Below are positions 52,703 to 59,826 of a stretch of DNA of 59,826 nucleotides, one piece after another (position 1 is the stretch's first letter; the number at the start of each line of letters is the position of its first letter). The notes under the pieces are model-generated. The model saw only the letters and a program-made list of their open reading frames with translations, did no database searches and had not been told where the DNA came from. Both the position numbers and the translations under genes were made by a program. This DNA is from a virus (taxonomy: Duplodnaviria; Caudoviricetes), in IMG/VR virus record IMGVR_UViG_3300021197_000662, positions 1 to 59,826 of that record; one strand, 5' to 3'.

Positions 52703-53419
52703 ATGACACTTCCCGGTTCTGGAACAATAAGCATAAATAGCTTAGTCGGTGAGTTTGGTGGATCTGCTCCTCATGCTCTTAGCGAGTATTACAGGAATGG
52801 TGGCTTAGTCTCTTCTGGCAATACAAATGTCCCTACATCTGGAGCGTTGTCGCTGTCCGATTTCTACGGTGCAACAGCAACAACAACAAGAGACATCCGC
52901 GTTCAGATGTCTTACAACGCTGGTCATGGGTATTCTGCCTTTGGAATCACATCACCTAACAGCACAGCCGCTCCTCAATCATACTCAGGCAGCTTGCTGT
53001 TTAATCCTTTTACTATTTATTCACCTGTTTTTAGAGCGGGAACAGGCTTCTTAAATCAGAATATTAATATGAGCTTTAGTCAAAACGAAGATGCTCAAGG
53101 GTGTTCTATTTATTTGTACGGTGGCACAAGTTCAACAAACATGTCTGATGTGGTTCTGGGGTTAGATGCTGGCTATAGCGGTAGTCAGGGCGGAACCAGA
53201 GGATTTTCAATTGTTTTTGATAGCAATGGCGGATGCACAAGCATTACAAACACAAGCAATACTTACAACTATAACTTAATTACAATTTCTACAAACAACC
53301 CAAGCACATCACATCGCTGGTATCAGTGGCGTTGCATATCCCCAAGCGCCACAGAAAAAGCCTCAACTATGATGAATGGCGACCCAACAAGTCTTAGCTC
53401 TGTAACACAGCCTGCATAA
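52703..53419 (+). CDS. Tail fibre tip/adhesin protein
   Basis: MTLPGSGTIS...EFGGS.PH.LSEYY...LSDFYG N-terminus. Confidence 0.7.
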   Translation: MTLPGSGTISINSLVGEFGGSAPHALSEYYRNGGLVSSGNTNVPTSGALSLSDFYGATATTTRDIRVQMSYNAGHGYSAFGITSPNSTAAPQSYSGSLLFNPFTIYSPVFRAGTGFLNQNINMSFSQNEDAQGCSIYLYGGTSSTNMSDVVLGLDAGYSGSQGGTRGFSIVFDSNGGCTSITNTSNTYNYNLITISTNNPSTSHRWYQWRCISPSATEKASTMMNGDPTSLSSVTQPA

Positions 53420-53431
53420 GAGAGAAGCTAG

Positions 53432-55321
53432 ATGCCTCTTCAAAAATTACAATTTAGACCCGGAATAAACAAAGATGTTACGTCTTATTCCAATGAGGGC
53501 GGCTGGGTAGATGGCGACAAAATAAGGTTTCGTCTTGGTTTTCCAGAGAAGATTGGTGGATGGCTAAAGTATAGCGTTAACACCTTTCAGGGAGCCGCTC
53601 GCGCTCTTCACAACTGGATAGCCTTAGATGGGTCTAACTTTTTAGGCATAGGCACACACCTCAAATACTATATAGAAGAGGGTGGTGGTTTTAACGACAT
53701 TACCCCACTGAGATCGACCACAGCCGCTGGCGATGTCACGTTTGCCGCAACCAACGGCTCCACAACCATTACAGTTTCAGATACAAATCACGGCGCTGTG
53801 TTAAATGATTTTGTTGAGTTTTCTGGCGCTGCCACTTTAGGCGGCAATATAACAGCAGCAATACTAAATGCTGAGCATAAGGTAACCGCAGTTGTAAGCT
53901 CAAGTCAGTATCAAATAGTTGTTTCTGCTACAGCTAATGGCTCTGACACGGGAAACGGCGGCAGCTCAGTTGTAGGTAAGTATCAGATTAATGTTGGTCT
54001 TAACTCACAGGTTGGAGGAACTGGTTGGGGTTCCAGCACATGGGGAAGGCTTGGCTGGGGTTCCGGCTCCTCCTTAACAACTACAACAAACATAAGACTG
54101 TGGTCACATGATAACTTTGGAGAAGACTTAATTATTAACCCAAGGGACGCAAACGTGTACTATTGGGACAAGGGGACAGGTCTGGGCGCTAGGGCCGTAG
54201 AGCTTTCGACTCTAAGTGGGGCTAAATCAGCTCCTCAGATAGCCAAACAGGTGCTTGTGTCAGATCAGGACAGGCATGTTCTGGCGTTTGGGTGTGATGC
54301 AATTAACTCTAGTTCAAGTGCCGCTCAAGGGAATGGTGTGCAGGACCCCCTACTTGTTAGATTCTCTAGCCAAGAGAACGCAGTTGATTGGTATCCAACA
54401 AGCACAAATACTGCTGGTGACCTTATACTCGGCTCTGGCTCTGAGTTTGTGCAAGCGGTAGAGACAAAGCGTGAAATTCTTGTGTGGACTGATACATCTC
54501 TTCACTCAATGAGGTTTATTGGGCCGCCGTTCACCTTTGGTATACAGCAGTTAGCTTCAAACATCACAATTATGGGGCCTAACGCCGCTGTAGCAACAGA
54601 GGACGTTGTCTACTGGATGGGCATAGATAACTTCTACACTTACTCAGGTCAGACAAAGCAGCTTAATTGCACAGTAAAAGATCATGTGTTTAACGATTTT
54701 AACTTCTCTCAGTCTGATAAGGTGTATGGAGGAATTAACTCTGAGTTTTCAGAGGTGATATGGCTTTACCCATCTGAGACAAACTCTTTAGCCAGCGGCG
54801 GCTCAGGAGAAAACGACAAGTACGTTATATACAATTACAAAGATGACATTTGGTATTACGGCAACCTAAGTAGATCAGCTTGGATCGACAGAGGCATAAG
54901 AAACTTTCCTATAGCTACCGAAAGCGGATATTTATATAACCATGAGTTTGAGTATGACGATGATGGATCAGCTATGGCTTCGTTTATTGAGTCAGCGCCA
55001 ATGGACATAGGCGATGGCGATAGGTTTACCCTAGCCACAACGGTAGTTCCTGACCTGACGTTTGTTGGGTCAACAGCATTATCTAGTCCTCAAGCAACAT
55101 TCACCCTAAAAGCCCGCACAGAACCCGGAGCAGCCTACGGAAGCACATCTAGTGGAGCAACCGTAAGAACAGCTTCGTCCCCTGTAGAAACGTTTACAGA
55201 GCTTCTTAATCTAAGGGTAAGGGGTAGGTCATTCGCTATAAAGGTTGACTCATCTGCTTTAGGCACAAAATGGAAGCTGGGGTCACCTCGCGTTGACATA
55301 CGCCCAGATGGTAGACGCTAA
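53432..55321 (+). CDS. Tail tubular B/DNA stabilisation (P22 gp10-like) protein
   Basis: LQFRPGINK...WVDGDKIRFR.G.PEKIGGW; beta-propeller-like; PDGRR end. Confidence 0.75.
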   Translation: MPLQKLQFRPGINKDVTSYSNEGGWVDGDKIRFRLGFPEKIGGWLKYSVNTFQGAARALHNWIALDGSNFLGIGTHLKYYIEEGGGFNDITPLRSTTAAGDVTFAATNGSTTITVSDTNHGAVLNDFVEFSGAATLGGNITAAILNAEHKVTAVVSSSQYQIVVSATANGSDTGNGGSSVVGKYQINVGLNSQVGGTGWGSSTWGRLGWGSGSSLTTTTNIRLWSHDNFGEDLIINPRDANVYYWDKGTGLGARAVELSTLSGAKSAPQIAKQVLVSDQDRHVLAFGCDAINSSSSAAQGNGVQDPLLVRFSSQENAVDWYPTSTNTAGDLILGSGSEFVQAVETKREILVWTDTSLHSMRFIGPPFTFGIQQLASNITIMGPNAAVATEDVVYWMGIDNFYTYSGQTKQLNCTVKDHVFNDFNFSQSDKVYGGINSEFSEVIWLYPSETNSLASGGSGENDKYVIYNYKDDIWYYGNLSRSAWIDRGIRNFPIATESGYLYNHEFEYDDDGSAMASFIESAPMDIGDGDRFTLATTVVPDLTFVGSTALSSPQATFTLKARTEPGAAYGSTSSGATVRTASSPVETFTELLNLRVRGRSFAIKVDSSALGTKWKLGSPRVDIRPDGRR

Positions 55322-55551
55322 TGGCTGTAATTAATGTACCAGCACCAAGACTGCCTGAGCCTACTCAGGAGTATTCCTTGCCATATATGCAGGATTTACT
55401 GAGAGCGTTAGAAATATTTATTGAGCAAGAAAGAACACCGGGAGAGCTTAGGGGTACAAAGATAACTTTAACTGACTTGCCGACAGCATCGACAGGTCTT
55501 GAATCGGGAGCCTTATGGAACAACTCAGGTGTGGTAAATATAATACCATAG
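55321..55551 (+). CDS. Small structural protein
   Basis: TDLPTASTGLESGALWN; coupled to previous gene. Confidence 0.65.
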   Translation: MAVINVPAPRLPEPTQEYSLPYMQDLLRALEIFIEQERTPGELRGTKITLTDLPTASTGLESGALWNNSGVVNIIP

Positions 55552-55558
55552 TACAAAT

Positions 55559-55879
55559 ATGGCTCAGAAAAAATTGCAGAAAAACAGCGTATATAGCGAA
55601 TACGATGAGGATGGGGACGGCATAGTCACGGATGAAGAGCTTTCTCATGTTAAAGAGATAAAGAAGACCGAGACAGAGCTAAGGAAGAACTTAGCGCAGT
55701 TGCGTATGGCAAGGTGTACCCTGATATTCATGGGTGTATACGCGACTTTTCTTGCTTCTCCCTTGTGTTCTGCCGAAAAGCTAGAGGGATTAGCGGGGGT
55801 AACAGACCTTATATTCCTTAGTGGCAGCGGCATCGTAGGGGCTTACATCGGAATGACAACTTGGATGAGTAAAAAATGA
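55559..55879 (+). CDS. EF-hand-like two-TM membrane protein
   Basis: DEDGDGIVTDEE canonical 12-residue loop; two hydrophobic helices. Confidence 0.65.
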   Translation: MAQKKLQKNSVYSEYDEDGDGIVTDEELSHVKEIKKTETELRKNLAQLRMARCTLIFMGVYATFLASPLCSAEKLEGLAGVTDLIFLSGSGIVGAYIGMTTWMSKK

Positions 55880-56262
55880 TACAGGCATTGATAGGCCCGA
55901 TAGGGTCATTACTGGGTACTTGGCTTGAGGGTAAGGTCGAAACAAAGAAGGCAGAAACTGGCGCTAGGGTAGCGCGAGCCAAAGCCGAAGCGACCATAAT
56001 GGAGAAAAAAGCTACAGGAGAAATTGACTGGGACTTGAAGATGGCTGATGCCTCTGCTCACAGTTGGAAAGACGAGTGGCTTACAATTATTTTTTCCATA
56101 CCCCTAATATTATCATTCTGTGGTGACTGGGGCAGGCAAATAGTTTCAGATGGATTTATGGCCTTAGAAACCATGCCGACATACTACCAATACACCTTGG
56201 GAACAATTGTAGCCGCCAGTTTTGGAACACGCGCAGCAACCAAGTTTTTTGGCAAAAAGTAA
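55876..56262 (+). CDS. Holin-like membrane protein
   Basis: SWKDEWLT...MPTYYQY.LG.IVAASFG.R; near the endolysin. Confidence 0.6.
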   Translation: MIQALIGPIGSLLGTWLEGKVETKKAETGARVARAKAEATIMEKKATGEIDWDLKMADASAHSWKDEWLTIIFSIPLILSFCGDWGRQIVSDGFMALETMPTYYQYTLGTIVAASFGTRAATKFFGKK

Positions 56263-56327
56263 AAAAGGTTACTATATAGGCATTTAAATGGTATAATCTC
56301 CTAACGTTAATGGTCGGGAGACTGAAA

Positions 56328-57335
56328 ATGGCACAGCCAACTTTGCCTAGATCAGTTTACGAAGAGACTGCAAAATTGTTCTACGCCTCTGATCAGAATG
56401 TAGCCAGAGCAGCAAGAGCAGCAGGGTTACAATACAACACCTTTAGCTCAAGAATAAGAAAGGCCAGAGAGCTTGGTATAATAACTGACAAGTCCAAGAA
56501 CGAAGCCAGTGTGATAGAGGCCAAGGTTGTAGTTAAGCCTATATACAGAATACAACAGAGAAACTCCAAACCAGAGGAAACCAAAAGAGTTTTAGCAATT
56601 GGAGACTGTCACGATGGCCCTTCAATCCCAGACAAATCAAGATTTTTTGCTATGGGAAGGTACGCTAAAGAGAATAAAGTAGATCAAATTATACAGATAG
56701 GAGACTTTGCAAGCGTTGACTCTCTTAATAGATTTGACGGAAATGACACTCTAAACGGAAAGAAAAAGCCATCGTTTGGTGAGGACATGAAAAGCTTTCA
56801 GGAAGCTATCAGGTCTTTTCATAAGGGTCTTGATGGCTATGATGTGCCGAAGCATGTGACTCTGGGCAACCACGAAGACAGGATTTGGTCCTTTACGAAC
56901 AAAAACCCAGAAATAGTTGATATGCTTGATCAAATATTGTTTGCCACAATGGATGATTATAACTGGACATACTCACCATATGGAGAGTTTTACTTTATAG
57001 GAGATGTTGGGTTCACACATGCGCCAATAAACACCATGGGGAAGGCCTATGGCGGTATGCAATCAGAGAACTCAATAGCTAGAGACGCAATGCATGATGT
57101 GGTTTACGGGCATACACATAAGAGATTAGACAAGACATTCCCGAAGATGGGCAATCAGAACGTTACCATAATCAATTTGGGAACAAGCCTACCGGAAGGA
57201 CACATAGAAGAGTATGCTAAACATAGTTTAACTGGTTGGTCATATGGGGTCTACGACATCCAGATAAAAGATGGTAAAATATACGAAACGACTTGGATAC
57301 CTATGGGCAATTTATTAATGAAGTATGGTGAATAA
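56328..57335 (+). CDS. Calcineurin-like metallophosphoesterase with N-terminal HTH-like region
   Basis: GDCH, GDFA, GNHE, FTH and GHTH motifs; SD GGGAG; TATAAT at 56292. Confidence 0.85.
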   Translation: MAQPTLPRSVYEETAKLFYASDQNVARAARAAGLQYNTFSSRIRKARELGIITDKSKNEASVIEAKVVVKPIYRIQQRNSKPEETKRVLAIGDCHDGPSIPDKSRFFAMGRYAKENKVDQIIQIGDFASVDSLNRFDGNDTLNGKKKPSFGEDMKSFQEAIRSFHKGLDGYDVPKHVTLGNHEDRIWSFTNKNPEIVDMLDQILFATMDDYNWTYSPYGEFYFIGDVGFTHAPINTMGKAYGGMQSENSIARDAMHDVVYGHTHKRLDKTFPKMGNQNVTIINLGTSLPEGHIEEYAKHSLTGWSYGVYDIQIKDGKIYETTWIPMGNLLMKYGE

Positions 57336-57747
57336 GATGCGGGAGATTACAAAAGTAATTGTACACTGCGCTGCGACCCCCGAAGGAAGGGACGTAGCAA
57401 CCGAGGAGATTAAACGCTGGCACACAGAGGAGCGTGGCTGGAGTGATATCGGTTATCATTGGGTTATTGAACTTGACGGCTCGACTAATGAGGGCCGCAG
57501 TGAAGATATTAATGGCGCTCACTGTAGGGGCCATAACAGCGACAGCATTGGCATCTGCTATGTTGGTGGTTCTGACTCTGAAGGAAATCCTAAAGACACA
57601 CGAACCGAGGGACAGAGAGACGCGCTTGTCGCCCTTATCAAGGAAATACTTGATAGATACCCGGATGCGGAGGTCTTTGGACACAGAGACTTCTCAACAA
57701 AAGCCTGCCCATCATTTGACGCAAAAACAGAGTATGCAGGACTCTAA
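57325..57747 (+). CDS. Endolysin, N-acetylmuramoyl-L-alanine amidase (T7 lysozyme-like)
   Basis: IVHCAAT...WH..RGWSDIGYH...GAHC.GHN..SIGIC..GG...GHRD...KACPSF; start may be 57337. Confidence 0.92.
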   Translation: MVNKMREITKVIVHCAATPEGRDVATEEIKRWHTEERGWSDIGYHWVIELDGSTNEGRSEDINGAHCRGHNSDSIGICYVGGSDSEGNPKDTRTEGQRDALVALIKEILDRYPDAEVFGHRDFSTKACPSFDAKTEYAGL

Positions 57748-57757
57748 GGAGTAGAAT

Positions 57758-58957
57758 ATGTTACCAATGTTGCTTGGATTAGCTGGCTCTGGATTAGCTG
57801 GCGCTGGTATGTTAGGGGGCATGGGCGCTCTCACCGCTGGTGCGCTCGGCTCTGGTTTGGGGTCGTATATAGAAACAGGTGACCTTGGTCAGGGCATACA
57901 AACTGGTCTTATGTCATTCTTGGGCGGTAAGGCCCTTGGTTCTCTGATGGGTAGCGGCGCTGCCGCGACTGGAGCAACTCCTGCTGCATTGCAGCCGGGT
58001 GCTGAGTTAGCGTCTTCTGGAATGGGTGTTGACGGCTTAGGCGCAGGAAATTTTGTGAATGCAGCAAACCCTGCTACAATTAACCCTGCTATGATGCCGG
58101 GTCCCAGTGTAGGTAGTAGTCTTTCATACACGCCTGACGGTAGTCTTGTCTCTAACGTTGCCCCCGCCCCCTCTTCTGGCAACATGTTTAGCAATATGTT
58201 TAAGGACCCAACGGCAGGGATCGGAAACAGCATCCCTGCTGACGCAACAATGGGTCAAAGGTTTTCTGGCGCTACGGGCGCACTAATGACCCCTGAGTCG
58301 TTGGGTTCGGGCCTAGGCGCTGCTCTTGCTATGCCACCTCCAGATTTGGACATAGAAAAGAAAAAGTTCAACACAGAAGAAGCTGAGGCTTATGACAAGA
58401 AGCAGTTCACCCCCGGTGCTGGCTTCCGTCCGGGCATTGACAAAGAGTTTGATTACTTTGGCCCAACTCAATTCGCTAATGGTGGCATCACAGACCTTCG
58501 TTACGCAGAAGGCGGTGACATGAACATGGCTGGAAAGCCAAATGACAAAGAGCTTATCAATGACGCTGTAGATGCAATTCAGGGTAAGGACGAGTCTCCA
58601 GAAAGAACATTAGCTATGTTCGTATCAAGGTATGGAGAAGACGCTCTTCGTGATCTTGTACAAAAAGTACAGAGCGGTGAGTTTGACGAAAATGCGGAGG
58701 CAACGGAAGGGAAGGTCAGCGGTGTCGGTGACGGCATGGATGACATGATCCCTGCAACCTTAGAAGGAGAACAAGACGTTGTATTATCCGATGGTGAGTT
58801 TATCGTTCCTGCGGATGTGGTTAGCGGGTTGGGCAACGGATCAACTGACGCTGGCTCGAAATCTCTTTACGAAATGATGGATCGTGTTCGTGAGATGAGG
58901 ACAGGCGGAACAGCGCAACCTAAGCAAGTGCCACAGGAGAGAATGCTACCAGCATGA
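57758..58957 (+). CDS. Internal virion protein
   Basis: G/A-rich N-terminus; GDGMDD.IPA...LSDGEFIVPADVVSGLGNGSTDAG C-terminal motif. Confidence 0.7.
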   Translation: MLPMLLGLAGSGLAGAGMLGGMGALTAGALGSGLGSYIETGDLGQGIQTGLMSFLGGKALGSLMGSGAAATGATPAALQPGAELASSGMGVDGLGAGNFVNAANPATINPAMMPGPSVGSSLSYTPDGSLVSNVAPAPSSGNMFSNMFKDPTAGIGNSIPADATMGQRFSGATGALMTPESLGSGLGAALAMPPPDLDIEKKKFNTEEAEAYDKKQFTPGAGFRPGIDKEFDYFGPTQFANGGITDLRYAEGGDMNMAGKPNDKELINDAVDAIQGKDESPERTLAMFVSRYGEDALRDLVQKVQSGEFDENAEATEGKVSGVGDGMDDMIPATLEGEQDVVLSDGEFIVPADVVSGLGNGSTDAGSKSLYEMMDRVREMRTGGTAQPKQVPQERMLPA

Positions 58958-59364
58958 TGATATCGGCAGTACCCAGAGAAGCTCTGGGCATCGTCTGGGG
59001 AGACGTAGCAAAGTTAATGAATAGGTCAGTGGAAACTTCCAATGGAAAGTATCACATTGATGACTTGTACCACGCTATAGTTGGCGGGCAGTACGTTTTG
59101 TGGGTTATAATGGATGGCGATAAATCTATAGCAGCTATAACAACAAGCGTAATATCTTATCCGGGCCGCAAAGCAATGGCAATGGACTGGATAGGCGGCA
59201 TAAGAATGAGAGAGTGGCTACCCATGGCGGTCGAAACTTTGTCAGAATACTCAAGGAAGAATGGTTGTTCTCACCTTGAGGGGTACGGAAGAAAAGCGTG
59301 GGGACGATGGTTATCTAAGTACGGCTGGAAGCCGGAATATATTGCTTATAGAATGGAGCTGTAA
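58954..59364 (+). CDS. GNAT-like acetyltransferase fold protein
   Basis: LWVI...AAITT...WIGG...GCSHLEGYGRKAW; typical position before the pilot protein. Confidence 0.6.
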   Translation: MMISAVPREALGIVWGDVAKLMNRSVETSNGKYHIDDLYHAIVGGQYVLWVIMDGDKSIAAITTSVISYPGRKAMAMDWIGGIRMREWLPMAVETLSEYSRKNGCSHLEGYGRKAWGRWLSKYGWKPEYIAYRMEL

Positions 59365-59366
59365 CA

Positions 59367-59826
59367 ATGAGCAAAGGCTCACCTAAACCAACAGATCAGA
59401 CGGTTGTTCAAACCAACCTTCCCGAATATGTACAGCCATACTTTGAGCGTCTTCTAAACAGAACAGAAGCCGAGACAAAGCAACAGTATCAGCCGTACCA
59501 AGGTCAGCGATTACAGACTGGCGGCACCGATGTTACTGATGCTCAGCAGATGGGGCGTAATATTGCTGGTCAAGGCATTCAAGGATTGCCTCAAGCTCAA
59601 GCAGCCACCATGGCTGGTCTTGGCAGATCAATGCAGGGCATGGGTTATCAGGCGGGTCAGTTTGATAATGCAGCAGCCCAGCAGTATATGTCTCCTTATA
59701 TGCAACAGGTGGTGGATGTTCAAAAACAGCAAGCAATACTTGACGCCCAAAGACAAAATGCTGGCAGGGCGGCTGAAGCAGTCCAAGCTGGCGCATTCGG
59801 TGGCTCCAGACAAGCAGTTCAGCAAG
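59367..59826 (+). CDS. N-terminal part of DNA pilot/ejection protein (runs off the window end)
   Basis: MSKGSPKPTDQTVVQTNLPEYVQPY...YMSPYMQQVVD...AGAFGGSRQAVQQ; open to the end; SD GGAG. Confidence 0.8.
   Translation, partial: MSKGSPKPTDQTVVQTNLPEYVQPYFERLLNRTEAETKQQYQPYQGQRLQTGGTDVTDAQQMGRNIAGQGIQGLPQAQAATMAGLGRSMQGMGYQAGQFDNAAAQQYMSPYMQQVVDVQKQQAILDAQRQNAGRAAEAVQAGAFGGSRQAVQQ

Noticed and set aside
1-59826. tRNA or rRNA genes
   Set aside because: No cloverleaf/T-loop pattern or rRNA-like sequence recognised in the intergenic regions by eye; tRNAscan-SE would be needed to exclude them fully.

Overview
Near-complete, circularly permuted genome (~60 kb) of a tailed dsDNA phage with podovirus-like architecture (terminase, portal, capsid, tail-tube/stabilisation proteins, large ejected internal proteins). 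The host is most likely a marine alphaproteobacterium. Evidence: alpha-type LexA boxes and an msmA auxiliary gene of the kind known from SAR116 and its phage HMO-2011. Layout: internal virion proteins (57.7 kb through the window end to 11.6 kb); recombination/replication genes with no DNA polymerase (11.8-18.6 kb); a leftward early operon with a MoxR AAA+/VWA pair (18.6-24.4 kb); a control region (24.4-25.3 kb); packaging/head genes; a cluster of basic proteins carrying msmA; an expanded tail/receptor-binding region; and lysis genes. Most notable: (1) a 3106-aa polyvalent virion protein carrying two small +1-frame genes, each with its own Shine-Dalgarno (SD), nested in the linkers right after predicted enzymatic domains (possible built-in effector/immunity pairs); (2) a canonical pseudoknotted hammerhead ribozyme plus a degenerate second one in the early operon; (3) an unassigned pseudoknotted RNA after the giant gene; (4) LexA boxes at the terS promoter plus a genome-wide TTGTAC-N4-GTACAA operator, although no repressor or integrase is visible; (5) an MsmA lacking its Rieske ligands; (6) six tail paralogs whose shared GDLA-stop end doubles as the next gene's SD. 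All family assignments come from motif recognition by eye, not database searches.
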